Notes: generated by a model not told the origin, from the letters alone. A DNA stretch of 64,000 nt from a candidate division WOR-3 bacterium (GCA_026416055.1 JAOAFX010000003.1:589-64588), one strand, 5' to 3'; counted from the stretch's first letter, positions 19,121-29,042 are shown. Made by a program: numbers and translations.

Positions 19121-19915
19121 ATGAAAAAATACATTTTTGATGGAAACTGCCTTTTCAGTGGCACGAGTCGGGTGGAAATTATTCCGAACCATCAGTTTGA
19201 AATAAATGTCCATATTGATGGCACTTCATTATCGATTCCTTACAATTTAAAAAATGTCACCGTAGAAAACCACACTATTACGATTGGACGTAAAGTTAAG
19301 GTTGTTGAACATCTTTTTTCTGCTCTATATGGATTAAAAATTTTCAATGTCCGGATTGATGTATTCGGTGAAGAGATACCATTCTTCGATGGCTCAAGCC
19401 AGGAATTTGTAAACAAATTATTGCAGCATACTGAAGTAGATACCGGTGTACTGGAAATTGATGAACCGGTAATCATTGAGAATAAGAATTCTTATCTTAT
19501 TTACGAACCCGAGAATAGCACCACATTATATGTGGATATGGAAATTGAACATCCATATATTGGAAAACAGCAGATTGCTTTAAACATAACGAGAGAATGT
19601 TATATAAGGGAAATCGCGCCGGCACGAACATTTATTTTTACCGATGAATTTGATCCAAAATTGAAAAATCTACCGCCTTATGGTATAGGCATAACAGAAA
19701 AAAAGATTTATGCATCAGAACCACTCAGATTTTCTGATGAACCTGTACGCCACAAAATTCTTGACCTGCTCGGTGACATATATGTGCTGAGAAAAAGATT
19801 GACAGGAAGGATAAAGGCAAAAAATACCTACCATAGCCTGAATCTGGAGTTTTGTCAGGAGATTGTTAGAAAAATGTTAGCTAAAAATCAAAATTGGACT
19901 CCTCTCTCCCATTGA
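19121..19915 (+). CDS. lpxC: UDP-3-O-acyl-N-acetylglucosamine deacetylase
   Basis: VEHLFSAL, EIPFFDGS, IAPARTF, EPVRHKILDLLGD; ATG at 19121 just after lpxD. Confidence 0.92.
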   Translation: MKKYIFDGNCLFSGTSRVEIIPNHQFEINVHIDGTSLSIPYNLKNVTVENHTITIGRKVKVVEHLFSALYGLKIFNVRIDVFGEEIPFFDGSSQEFVNKLLQHTEVDTGVLEIDEPVIIENKNSYLIYEPENSTTLYVDMEIEHPYIGKQQIALNITRECYIREIAPARTFIFTDEFDPKLKNLPPYGIGITEKKIYASEPLRFSDEPVRHKILDLLGDIYVLRKRLTGRIKAKNTYHSLNLEFCQEIVRKMLAKNQNWTPLSH

Positions 19916-19961
19916 ATAATATCATTGAATTAGAAATATTAAATTCTTAAAGGAGCCCTTT

Positions 19962-20075
19962 ATGAATAAACTGCATAAACACTTTAATGATGACCAGTTA
20001 AGACTTCTTCTGGATTTGTATTTACAAAAAGCATTATCGTTAGAAGGAAAAAAGGAATGTCGGGCAGGGTTTTAG
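19962..20075 (+). mobile_element. Probable truncated transposase N-terminus (37 aa stub)
   Basis: AAGGAG SD plus MNKLHKHFNDDQLRLLLDLYLQKALS, resembling the xxQLHKRFTDEQ start of an integrase-type IS transposase family (from recall); runs into a REP pair. Confidence 0.45.
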
Positions 20076-20116
20076 CACTGCATTTTTATCAACGCAAACC
20101 TAAAGGTTTGCCCCAC
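20059..20116. repeat. Inverted pair of decayed REP-like palindromes (REPIN-like)
   Basis: GTCGGGCAGGGTTTTAGCACTGC ... GCAAACCTAAAGGTTTGCCCCAC; ends are one mismatch from GTAG/CTAC. Confidence 0.6.
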
Positions 20117-20258
20117 GTGGGATGGATTGATTATTGTAAAGACCCTTTCGGGCACTCAGTTTTATTTTTAAAAATTGGCAGATTTGAACTATAATTTAGA
20201 TTTTGAGTTAACAAAGGTTGTTAGAAAAATAGCTGCAGGATTAAAGCTTCGGAAATAT

Positions 20259-20579
20259 TTATAATCGTCTTTTTTTCATCCTCACAAGCGCGTTGTAGAG
20301 AGTATAAATTACGATTACACCAGCAAATATCCAGAACCAGAAAGGAACATTCTTACCAAAGAGTGCGACATAGACAAAGGGGGCAATCGTGGTGATGCCA
20401 AGCACGATACCGAACAGTCTTACCTGATTTGTATTTTTGGTTTTAAGTCCGTGAATAATTTTATATATCGAAATCCAGAAAAAAGGTGCACCACCAAAAT
20501 AGATGATGGCAAATATTACCGGATTGACGCCATAGTCAGTTTCAATCTTTATCAACCAGTTTCTTAGATATTCAAGCAA
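20259..20579 (-). CDS. Small membrane protein (3 TM)
   Basis: YGVNPVIFAIIYFG and two more hydrophobic helices; follows the ALDH gene. Confidence 0.7.
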   Translation of the reverse strand: MLEYLRNWLIKIETDYGVNPVIFAIIYFGGAPFFWISIYKIIHGLKTKNTNQVRLFGIVLGITTIAPFVYVALFGKNVPFWFWIFAGVIVIYTLYNALVRMKKRRL

Positions 20580-20591
20580 GTGCAGTCTTTG

Positions 20592-22001
20592 TTATTCAAT
20601 TTCATCAAATATTATCAATTTTTCCTCAGTCATTTCTTTAATTGCGAATTCCGGTCCTTCCCGGCCCAGTCCACTTCCCTTCATTCCTCCATACGGCATA
20701 TTATCAACACGGAAGGTCGGTATTTCATTTATTAAAACACCACCTGAATCAATCTCCTTGGCACATTTCAGGGCAAAGTTTATATTCTTTGTGAATATAC
20801 CGGTCTGAAGTCCGTATTTTGTATTGTTGACTCTGGTAATGGCTTCATCAATGGTTTTAAATTTATTGACTGCCACCATTGGTGCAAATGCTTCTTCCTG
20901 GATTATCTTTGCACTCTCTTCCACATCAAAGATGATTGTGGGAAGAAAAATTGTGCCCTGTCTTGAACCACCAAGAATCACCATCCCTTTATGTTTTTTT
21001 GCATCCTCAACGAATTCTTCAGCCTTTTTAAGTGATGGTTCATCAATCATAGGTCCCATTTCAGTATCTTCCTGCATCGGGTCACCGTATTTTATCTGTG
21101 CAACTTCAAGGGATAATTCCCTTAAGAATTCATCTGCGATTTCCTCTTCAACATATACTCTCTGGACTGAAATACAGACCTGTCCGGCAAGTGTATAACC
21201 ACCTTTACGGATTTTTTTTGCCACAAGTCTCAATGGCGCATCTTTGAATACCACCACTGCAGAGTTTGAACCCAGTTCCATGGTCACTTTTTTCATCCCG
21301 CAATTTGCCATGATTGTCTCGCCGACTTCAAGTGAGCCGGTAAAACTGATCTTTCTTATTTCTGGAGCCCTAACCAGTGCCATCCCAACTGAGGAACCTG
21401 GCCCTACCAGCACCGAAATGCATTGTTCAGGCAGACCTGCTTCAATTAGTGCCTCTGCAAGCATCAGAGCGGAGAGTGGGGTCTTTGTCGCAGGTTTGTG
21501 AATCACCGCATTACCCGCTGCGATTGCGGGTCCGATTTTATGGCAACTCAGGTTTAAAGGAAAATTAAAGGGCGAGATGGCAAGAACGATTCCAAGTGGA
21601 ACCCGGGTGTAAAAAGCCATTTTCTTTGTTGCTCCGACAATATCCATACGCACAGTCTCACCTTTCAAACTAATTGCCGCAATGCTTGAAAGTCTGATAG
21701 TATTTATTGCCCGGTCAACCTCGGTCCTTGCTTCATTTATCGTTTTACCGACTTCCAGGCAGATTGTTCGTGCGAATTCTTCTTTCTTATCGGCAATTAT
21801 CTTTGCTGTTCGTTCAAGGATTTTTGCCCTTTCACCTGCAGGCATATTTTTTAATATTCTGAATCCTTCACTGGCTATCTCGATTGCCTCTGCAACATCC
21901 TTTTCCGTGCTCAATCCAATCTCTTCGATCACCTGATTATCATACGGATTGTGCACACTTACTTTTTTATCCGTGACGATTCTTTTTCCTTTGATAAACA
22001 T
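20592..22001 (-). CDS. NAD(P)-dependent aldehyde dehydrogenase (lactaldehyde DH/GAPN-like)
   Basis: SPFNFP, FTGS, MELGSN, catalytic GQVCIS, EEAFAP, PYGGMKGSGLGREG. Confidence 0.93.
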   Translation of the reverse strand: MFIKGKRIVTDKKVSVHNPYDNQVIEEIGLSTEKDVAEAIEIASEGFRILKNMPAGERAKILERTAKIIADKKEEFARTICLEVGKTINEARTEVDRAINTIRLSSIAAISLKGETVRMDIVGATKKMAFYTRVPLGIVLAISPFNFPLNLSCHKIGPAIAAGNAVIHKPATKTPLSALMLAEALIEAGLPEQCISVLVGPGSSVGMALVRAPEIRKISFTGSLEVGETIMANCGMKKVTMELGSNSAVVVFKDAPLRLVAKKIRKGGYTLAGQVCISVQRVYVEEEIADEFLRELSLEVAQIKYGDPMQEDTEMGPMIDEPSLKKAEEFVEDAKKHKGMVILGGSRQGTIFLPTIIFDVEESAKIIQEEAFAPMVAVNKFKTIDEAITRVNNTKYGLQTGIFTKNINFALKCAKEIDSGGVLINEIPTFRVDNMPYGGMKGSGLGREGPEFAIKEMTEEKLIIFDEIE

Positions 22002-22006
22002 AATAA

Positions 22007-22034
22007 ATTATATCAATATTTCAAAATTTGTAAA
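22007..22034 (-). promoter_or_regulatory. Promoter TTTACA-N16-TATAAT (ALDH)
   Basis: -10 ends 5 nt before the ATG. Confidence 0.65.
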
Positions 22035-22045
22035 GTAAAAAATCT

Positions 22046-23296
22046 TCAAAGCTTTTTCTTTGTCTCAGGAGGTATTGAGTGCAGCACAAAAACTGCTAGT
22101 AATGTAAGAAGAATGATTATCAATCCGGCGAGCCGCAGGATAACAAATGGTCTTAAGGAACTGGAAATCAATCCTATACCCACTGCACAGACCATAAATG
22201 TCAAACTTATCACAAATTCTTTGGTGGCAAATATCCTTCCCCTCATTGATTTCAGAACATCCTCCTGGAGAATAGTATCCTGGGCAATGCCGACGAAAGA
22301 AAAGACCATGCCGGAGATGAATGCAATGGCATACATAGATAGTGGATTTATAAAAAATGGACCAATAATGAAAAACAAAGCTAACATCACCATACTACAG
22401 ATGATTATCAATGGCCTGTTAAATCTTTTACCTAAAAATCCCATGAGTAACCCACCAGCGAGCATGCCAGTGCCGATAACTCCACCCAGCCATCCCACAC
22501 CAGTCGTGCCCATATTGAATACCTGCTGGATTAAGTAGATTAGAACTGTATAGGCTATGGCTGCAGCAAAAGGAAGCACAAAAACTGAAATCATCACAAA
22601 AAGGACAACACGGTCATGGAAGAGAAGGTAAACGAGCTCTTTTATATCAAGCAGGAAATATTTAAAGGATTCCTTCAATCTCTTCTGCAACGAGATATCT
22701 ATTTTGACTGAAGGTTCGAATAATACTTTTGCGCCCATCCCCAAAACAAGAAATCCGGCAATGAGATGGGTGGTACCATCCAAATAAAATCCCAATCTCC
22801 AGCCCACCCACTTTATTAAATAACCGCCACCAACCATTCCTAAGAATGTAGCAATACGGGCTACGGTAACAATAAAAGAGTTTGCTGGAACAAGTTCGTG
22901 ATATTCAACAAGGTCAGGAACGACTGCATTTTTTGCAGTATTATTGAATACATCAAGCGCAAAGAATGTAAAAACGAGTATCCATATCGGTACCAGACTG
23001 TCAAATAAAATCACAAAACTCGGGGTTAAAAAAATCAATATTGACTGAATTAGATGGCAGCGGAACATTATCATCTGTTTATTCCAGTGATCAACAATCA
23101 CACCCACAAAAGGTGCGAGTATCAATACCGGCAAGGTGAAAGTTACCGCAAATTCACTGAATGCAGAGATCTTACCCGGATATTTCACGCCAATAAGGGT
23201 GATGATTACCATATGGGTTAATCTATCACCTAACTGCGATACACCATTAGAAAAAGCAAGGAATAATATACCACGCTTTTTTAAAAGATTGAGCAT
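22046..23296 (-). CDS. MFS transporter (MefA/DHA3-like)
   Basis: About 12 hydrophobic helices; SQLGD, GVIVDHWNK (motif A), MRGRIF; start at 23296 favoured by the promoter at 23304-23331. Confidence 0.85.
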   Translation of the reverse strand: MLNLLKKRGILFLAFSNGVSQLGDRLTHMVIITLIGVKYPGKISAFSEFAVTFTLPVLILAPFVGVIVDHWNKQMIMFRCHLIQSILIFLTPSFVILFDSLVPIWILVFTFFALDVFNNTAKNAVVPDLVEYHELVPANSFIVTVARIATFLGMVGGGYLIKWVGWRLGFYLDGTTHLIAGFLVLGMGAKVLFEPSVKIDISLQKRLKESFKYFLLDIKELVYLLFHDRVVLFVMISVFVLPFAAAIAYTVLIYLIQQVFNMGTTGVGWLGGVIGTGMLAGGLLMGFLGKRFNRPLIIICSMVMLALFFIIGPFFINPLSMYAIAFISGMVFSFVGIAQDTILQEDVLKSMRGRIFATKEFVISLTFMVCAVGIGLISSSLRPFVILRLAGLIIILLTLLAVFVLHSIPPETKKKL

Positions 23297-23431
23297 ACGG
23301 TGAAGTTTACTGAATATAGGTAAAAAGTCAATCATGATGGCTGGTTATGTTGCCTTTAATCATTTTTTTGAGAAAATTGAAAGTTCTAATTCTTACTTTT
23401 TATGTATAATGGAACACATTTTTTTGAACTA

Positions 23432-23459
23432 TTGACAGGCAAAAACGGATGTCTATAAT
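23432..23459 (+). promoter_or_regulatory. Promoter TTGACA-N16-TATAAT for rnpB
   Basis: Perfect hexamers; -10 ends 5 nt before the RNA 5' end. Confidence 0.88.
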
Positions 23460-23464
23460 ATTTT

Positions 23465-23883
23465 GGGGTGGTCGGATAGCCGCCCTGCATTGAAGGTGCA
23501 GGGAGGAAAGTCCGGGCTTCACAGGGCAGGATGCTTCCTAACAGGAAGGGAGATATCTACAAGGTAGTCGCACCATTAATGGTGCTCGCCGTAGGTATTT
23601 CACGGAAAGTGCCACAGAAAATATACCGCCAGCCACTCTTGGTGGTTGGTAAGGGTGAAAAGGCGGAGTAAGAGCCCACCGCTCCAGTGGTGACACTGGA
23701 GGCATGGCAAACCCCATCCGAAGCAAGACCAAATAGTCCTGTATGGAGTTGCCCGCTCCGTCCCGCAGGGACGCAGGACAGGTAGGTCGCTTGAGTCCGG
23801 TGGTGACATCGGACCCAGATAAATGGCTATCTATGCCTGCAAGTCCTGCAGGCAAAAACAGAACCCGGCTTACGAACCACCCC
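23465..23883 (+). ncRNA. rnpB: RNase P RNA (bacterial type A)
   Basis: P1 GGGGTGGT/ACCACCCC; GAGGAAAGTCCGGGC; AGTGCCACAGAAA; GGGTGAAA; GGCAAACCCC; AACAGAACCCGGCTTA. Confidence 0.97.
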
Positions 23884-23914
23884 TGGTCCTGTCTGCTTTT
23901 TAAAAAAATTAATC

Positions 23915-24628
23915 ATGGAAATATTCGTTGGAACATCTGGATGGTACTATGACTGGAATGAAGACCTGACCCTTGACTGGTATATCAATAATTCCGGACT
24001 CAATGCCATAGAACTCAATGCTTCATTTTACCGTTTTCCATTTCCTAACCAGATAAAATCCTGGACAAAGAAAGGGAATAGATTACGCTGGGCGATAAAG
24101 GTGAATCGCCTCATTACCCATCAATATAAATTTTCTCCGGAAGCATTCAAAACCTGGGAAAGATTTTTTAGTCTCTTTTCACCACTTGAGGAATTTATAG
24201 ATTATTATTTATTTCAATTGCCTCCCAATCTCAGCGTTCGGGCAAAAGAAAAGATTGAATTATTTGCCAAAAAGATAAGTATTGAAAAAAAATTTGCCCT
24301 CGAATTCAGGCATGAAACATGGTTTAATGATGAAATATTGAGATGGGCAGAATCACTCGGTATCACAGTCGTATCGATTGATGCTCCTGAATTCAGTCGT
24401 TCAATTTTTTGCACGGCAAAAAATGTATATCTGAGGATGCATGGCCGGACCAGCTGGTATGCCCACAATTATACAAAAAACGAATTGCAGGAAGTAGCAC
24501 ATAGAATACTGAAGGTCAAACCCGCAAACATCTATGTCTTTTTTAACAACGACCATAATATGTTAAAGAATGCCAGGGATATGTCAGTGATTCTTAAAAA
24601 TCTTCTCAGGAAACAAGAGGAATTTTAA
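23915..24628 (+). CDS. DUF72 (YecE-like) protein
   Basis: VGTSGWYY, IELNASFYRFP, LFQLPP, YLRMHGR, YVFFNND. Confidence 0.92.
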   Translation: MEIFVGTSGWYYDWNEDLTLDWYINNSGLNAIELNASFYRFPFPNQIKSWTKKGNRLRWAIKVNRLITHQYKFSPEAFKTWERFFSLFSPLEEFIDYYLFQLPPNLSVRAKEKIELFAKKISIEKKFALEFRHETWFNDEILRWAESLGITVVSIDAPEFSRSIFCTAKNVYLRMHGRTSWYAHNYTKNELQEVAHRILKVKPANIYVFFNNDHNMLKNARDMSVILKNLLRKQEEF

Positions 24629-25871
24629 TCACAAACTCCGTTCCTTTGCCCAATGAGGATTTGACAGTTATCTTTCCATCATGGATATCCACAACCTTTT
24701 TTACAAACGCCAGTCCCAAACCTGTTCCGTGTTTCTTTCCGGAGTAAAAAGGATTAAAGATTTTCTGCAATTCCTCCCTGGCAATACCCCGACCCGAATC
24801 AACAATTGAGATAGTGATTGTATCTTCTTCTCTATCTGTGCCTAATTTGATGGTCCCTTCATGCTCTATCGCATCCGCACTATTTTTTAAAACATTTACA
24901 AGGGCACTGAGCAACAGTTCATAATCAGCATAGATTTTCCCCTGGTATCGGTATTCTTTTTCTATATTTATCTTCTTTGGTATATTTGCCTTTTGAATAC
25001 TTTCTTCCAGCAGTCCGGTCAAATAGAATTCACTCTTTAACAATTTGATTGGTCGTGAGTACTCAATCAAACTGGAAATCACACTTTCCATTACCTCGCA
25101 CTCTTTAATAATCTCTGACGGCTCCTTTTTCCCTTTTTCAATCAGACGGGCAAGTCCAGTTATGGTGGCAAGGGAATTTCGGAATTCATGAGCGATATAG
25201 GCTGAAAGTTCAAGGAGTTCTTTTTCTTTTTCTTTGATCTTGCTTAAAATCTCACTGAAGGTCATGTAAACGAAATCTTCTTTCTTCATCTCTATGCCAT
25301 ATTTTTTGGCTAAATTTGCTACATAGCGCATCGGTAAGAAAAGATTTCGGATGAGAAAAAATCCCAAAAATGAGATGAGGATTAAAGAAAGCGTCGTATA
25401 TATCATGTGCCAGCGAAAGACGCTATCAATATTCATAAAACCTGTAAAATTAAAGAGATACAGGTAAAAATCGGGCTGAGGATTGTGGTAAACAATATCG
25501 TCTCCCAGCTGTATCATTTTGCCTGGTTCGGGCATTCTTGTGAATCTTCTTGTATCATCAAAAACAATCCCGGGAATTTTTAACAAAATTGCTGAATCGT
25601 AAATTCTATTACCAAGGGAATCGATAATGACAAGCCTGTTTATGCTGAATGACTCAACAATTTTTTTTAAAAAATCATCGCGTTCCGGATGATGGATATA
25701 ATTGCCGCAAAATCTTGAAAGCATATATATTTTTTCATGCTGGGAATCAATAAATGTCTTTCTCAGCTGGATGCTTATATATAAATTTACCAGTGCCAGA
25801 AAGATTATGAGGGATATAAATATTACAGCAAGGATACCAATATCACGGGGATACGAACTCTCTTTGGGCAT
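24606..25871 (-). CDS. Membrane sensor histidine kinase (no response regulator adjacent)
   Basis: 2 TM; H-box AHEFRNSL; N-box NVLKNS; DSGRG, FNPF, GTGLGL. Confidence 0.92.
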   Translation of the reverse strand: MPKESSYPRDIGILAVIFISLIIFLALVNLYISIQLRKTFIDSQHEKIYMLSRFCGNYIHHPERDDFLKKIVESFSINRLVIIDSLGNRIYDSAILLKIPGIVFDDTRRFTRMPEPGKMIQLGDDIVYHNPQPDFYLYLFNFTGFMNIDSVFRWHMIYTTLSLILISFLGFFLIRNLFLPMRYVANLAKKYGIEMKKEDFVYMTFSEILSKIKEKEKELLELSAYIAHEFRNSLATITGLARLIEKGKKEPSEIIKECEVMESVISSLIEYSRPIKLLKSEFYLTGLLEESIQKANIPKKINIEKEYRYQGKIYADYELLLSALVNVLKNSADAIEHEGTIKLGTDREEDTITISIVDSGRGIAREELQKIFNPFYSGKKHGTGLGLAFVKKVVDIHDGKITVKSSLGKGTEFVIKIPLVS

Positions 25872-25878
25872 TTAAATC

Positions 25879-27540
25879 TTAGCGAATGATGGTGAGTCTG
25901 CCCTTGCTTCTTTCTATCCTTTCTGCCTGTAATTCAATCAGATAGATATACATTCCGCTAACAACTTCATTTCCTTTTTCATTTTTTAAATCCCAGAACG
26001 CACATCTCCGGTAGATATCGATCTCATTGGGGTCATCAAGCACCCTTATCCTTTCCCCTGCGATGTTATAAATTGTGACTTTGAATTGTGGAAATTTGCT
26101 TCCAAGTTCGGTGGTATCAGATGGTGTATAAGAAATAACAACACTCTTGCCCCAGGCAGGAAGGCGATCGATACGGAAAGGATTGGGATACGAAGCTACC
26201 CTCCCCAAAAAAATCGGGCTTATCCAGAATGATGCGGTCATTATGGAATCAGCAGGACCGATATCGTAGACCGTTACACCACTTGCCGAATCGCCATAGA
26301 ACCTGCTTGAAGGTGTTGAACCATCATAAAAACCAATTGTATCATTTTTCCAGAGGTCCTCGGCTTTGCCCCAGGTCGTTCTTGGCAGGAGAAAATCACC
26401 ATCGCCATCAGCCTGCATAATACCGACCAGGGGATGGTTTTCATTTTCATTCGTCCTCCGCGAGTCATCAACATGGAGAATCAGTAATCCATCACCGGGT
26501 AGTGAACGATCAAAACCAGTGCGATATCTATTCTCAATCAGGAAGTATTCTCCCCTTCCGCCTGAGTAATAGTTCCAGTCCGGTCCGCCTGGGTCTTCGA
26601 GCATTCTTATCGCAAACGGACTTCTTGCTGAGCAGGGAATCTGTTGATTTTCTAATTTACTGATTCCGGTCCTTTCCACAGGAGTCGGTGTGAGCCAGCC
26701 GAGTTGATATTTGCACCAGGCAGAAGGATGGGATGGTGTGTTTCCTGGTTTATCTGAAGAACTTGCTTTTCCCCAGGAGCCTGCAGCCATAAGACAGAAT
26801 ATACCTATACCATTCGTCGAATAATCAGTGTCATACAAGTCAGGCAACCCCAGAACATGTCCGAATTCATGAACAAAGACGCCAACCGTAATCCTTGAAG
26901 GTGGATTGACAAGCCTTTCTGGTTCCATTGAGTAGTAATCTACTTTTACACCGTCCTGAGTTTGGTATGGACCTGGACAGCTCGTTCCGGTATTTGATAA
27001 TTGCCACTGGTGAGACCATATATCCCGGGGATTCCCGGTCTCTTCCGCACCCGGTCCGGCATGGACAATAAAGATTCCATCGACTATGCCATCTCCATCT
27101 CCATCATAATCAGAAAAATTGACATATGGGTCAGCAAGAGAACATGCATCCATAACGAGCCTCTGGACATTATTGGGATAATCACTATAGAAACCAAAGG
27201 AATCGCCCACATAATATTGATAATTTTGTGGTGCACGGACCCAGCCAATGATATTACTCTGCTTACTGATTGTAAACTTTCCATATGAGACTTCATTGAA
27301 GTATTTGCGCATTGAATTTTCATTCTCCCCATAAATAAGTGAATCGAATTCTGATTTTGGATAGGTGGCAATGTTATCGGAAAAATCTACAAGGATGACA
27401 ATCGCCTTTTTTTCACCCAGCACAGGCTGTATAAATCCTGGACCCCGGTTCATCAGGGCAGGGAATCTGGGAGGTTTAATCGGTGCCCGGGTATAAGGAC
27501 TCGGGGGCATTGAAATTAATAATAACAATATTATTACCAT
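25879..27540 (-). CDS. M6 family (immune inhibitor A-like) metalloprotease with FlgD-Ig/T9SS-type C-terminal domain
   Basis: HEFGHVLGLPDLYD; IWSH; EYFLIENR; C-terminal YPNPF...IYNIAGERIR...WDLKNEKGNEVVSGMYIY. Confidence 0.92.
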   Translation of the reverse strand: MVIILLLLISMPPSPYTRAPIKPPRFPALMNRGPGFIQPVLGEKKAIVILVDFSDNIATYPKSEFDSLIYGENENSMRKYFNEVSYGKFTISKQSNIIGWVRAPQNYQYYVGDSFGFYSDYPNNVQRLVMDACSLADPYVNFSDYDGDGDGIVDGIFIVHAGPGAEETGNPRDIWSHQWQLSNTGTSCPGPYQTQDGVKVDYYSMEPERLVNPPSRITVGVFVHEFGHVLGLPDLYDTDYSTNGIGIFCLMAAGSWGKASSSDKPGNTPSHPSAWCKYQLGWLTPTPVERTGISKLENQQIPCSARSPFAIRMLEDPGGPDWNYYSGGRGEYFLIENRYRTGFDRSLPGDGLLILHVDDSRRTNENENHPLVGIMQADGDGDFLLPRTTWGKAEDLWKNDTIGFYDGSTPSSRFYGDSASGVTVYDIGPADSIMTASFWISPIFLGRVASYPNPFRIDRLPAWGKSVVISYTPSDTTELGSKFPQFKVTIYNIAGERIRVLDDPNEIDIYRRCAFWDLKNEKGNEVVSGMYIYLIELQAERIERSKGRLTIIR

Positions 27541-27549
27541 AATAAAAAG

Positions 27550-27577
27550 ATTATAGCCAAAGCCCTTACAATGTCAA
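27550..27577 (-). promoter_or_regulatory. Promoter TTGACA-N16-TATAAT (M6 protease-kinase)
   Basis: Perfect hexamers; 9 nt from the ATG. Confidence 0.8.
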
Positions 27578-28335
27578 TGATTAATCTCGTAAATGCCCCG
27601 GTAATATTCATCCCTAATTTCCTGCAGGAATGCTCTTTTTGACCGTTCATTCATTTCATGGGCAATCCTTGATGCATTTGTTATTGAACCGAAATAGAAA
27701 CGATTGAAGGCTAAACTGAATATTATACCCGCATCTACATATTCTTTATTTTTGATTGAGTTGAACAACAAAAAACCAGACAGGAAATTGAGCACAAAAC
27801 CCTGCAATCCTCTTTTAATATCACCTGCATAAATCTCACCCAGACCCGGTATTATTGCGGAAAGGAGCATCGCACGAGTTGTGGATTTGTCAGACTTTTT
27901 AGCATATTCATTTATCTTCCTTACAAAGTTTGAATCTACCTCCTGAAATATATCTATTGCATTGCGATATTGTTGATTAAATAAATAAGCAAAGCCAATC
28001 AACTTTTTGCCCGCTGAATTCTGTTCAGCAATCGGTTTCAAAAGATCGATTGCCAGTCCATATTTTTTTATATCGATCAATGCCTTACCAAGCGCAATCC
28101 GTGATTTTCTTTCACTCTCAGGAAAATCTATTAACAGTTTTTCTATCTCTTCATAACCCAGTAAAAAATCCTGGTATAGCAGGGAAATGGTATAGTGTAG
28201 ACGGAGTTGATATTCATTCCAGGCAGTAGTATCAAAGAAAAATACTCTTTTATATTCAATCAATGCCAGTTCATAGAAGTTATTGTTAAATAGTGCTTCA
28301 GGAAGATAATACTGATTGAAGAGCAAAAATATCAT
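27574..28335 (-). CDS. TPR protein with C-terminal membrane domain (SxxIPGxG motif)
   Basis: N-terminal TPR-like helices; LSAIIPGLGEIYAG followed by hydrophobic helices. Confidence 0.7.
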   Translation of the reverse strand: MIFLLFNQYYLPEALFNNNFYELALIEYKRVFFFDTTAWNEYQLRLHYTISLLYQDFLLGYEEIEKLLIDFPESERKSRIALGKALIDIKKYGLAIDLLKPIAEQNSAGKKLIGFAYLFNQQYRNAIDIFQEVDSNFVRKINEYAKKSDKSTTRAMLLSAIIPGLGEIYAGDIKRGLQGFVLNFLSGFLLFNSIKNKEYVDAGIIFSLAFNRFYFGSITNASRIAHEMNERSKRAFLQEIRDEYYRGIYEINH

Positions 28336-29042
28336 CGCTTCTGGTTAAATACCAGATCACGATATCTGGCATTTTCATAGTAGTTATAATTCCGGACAGA
28401 ATTTATCCCTCCGTAAATATTCCCGGCGTAGAAAAGAATCGTAATACCCGATGCGAGATAGAATTTTGCATTTTTGTTATTATGGTAGTAATAATAAGCG
28501 ACTGTTGAGCCTGCGGCAATGACCAGTAGTGAATATATTCCATCGCCTAATCGTCCACAATAAAAATGTCCGCCACCGGGAATGATGGAAAATAACCCAC
28601 CAAGAAATGGACTTTTCAATTTCGGCAGAGGGGCAGGAAGGTTGATAAATTCTTTTGCCCTTGAGAAGTTGAATTCACCGGCATAACTCAATCCAATATA
28701 ATACCGGGCTTTATGTTCAGTCGATTTCATCTTCAAAATCTCGCGCACCCGTGGATAGTCCCCTTTTAACAGAAATATCCACGCCTTTAGATACAATGCA
28801 CGGGTTGTATCAGAAATATATTTTAAACTGGAATCTGCTTCATCGTATCTTTTAAGACGCACCAGACAATCAATGATTTTTTCACCTGTTTCCTGTTTAT
28901 TGCTATCGCTGAGAAAAAGATAACGGCGGTATTCATTCACGGCAGAATTAAAATCTCCCTGGAGATAAAGATAATCGGCAAATTTTAAAATCTTATCAGG
29001 CTCAAAAAGGTCGCTTTGGAAAAGAATAAAAAATATAATCAT
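28332..29042 (-). CDS. TPR protein with C-terminal membrane domain (paralogue of the adjacent gene)
   Basis: FADYLYLQGDFNSAVNEYRRY; FSIIPGGGHFYCG; FYAGNIYG. Confidence 0.7.
   Translation of the reverse strand: MIIFFILFQSDLFEPDKILKFADYLYLQGDFNSAVNEYRRYLFLSDSNKQETGEKIIDCLVRLKRYDEADSSLKYISDTTRALYLKAWIFLLKGDYPRVREILKMKSTEHKARYYIGLSYAGEFNFSRAKEFINLPAPLPKLKSPFLGGLFSIIPGGGHFYCGRLGDGIYSLLVIAAGSTVAYYYYHNNKNAKFYLASGITILFYAGNIYGGINSVRNYNYYENARYRDLVFNQKR

Noticed and set aside
23538..23952. ORF-track ORFs of 105, 69 and 69 aa
   Set aside because: They overlap the RNase P RNA gene; GC-rich structured RNA gives spurious frames
24606..24628. Convergent 3' overlaps (DUF72/kinase; also anti-sigma/rnc at 13354-13362) as antisense regulation
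   Set aside because: Short tail-to-tail overlaps are common in compact genomes; no further evidence
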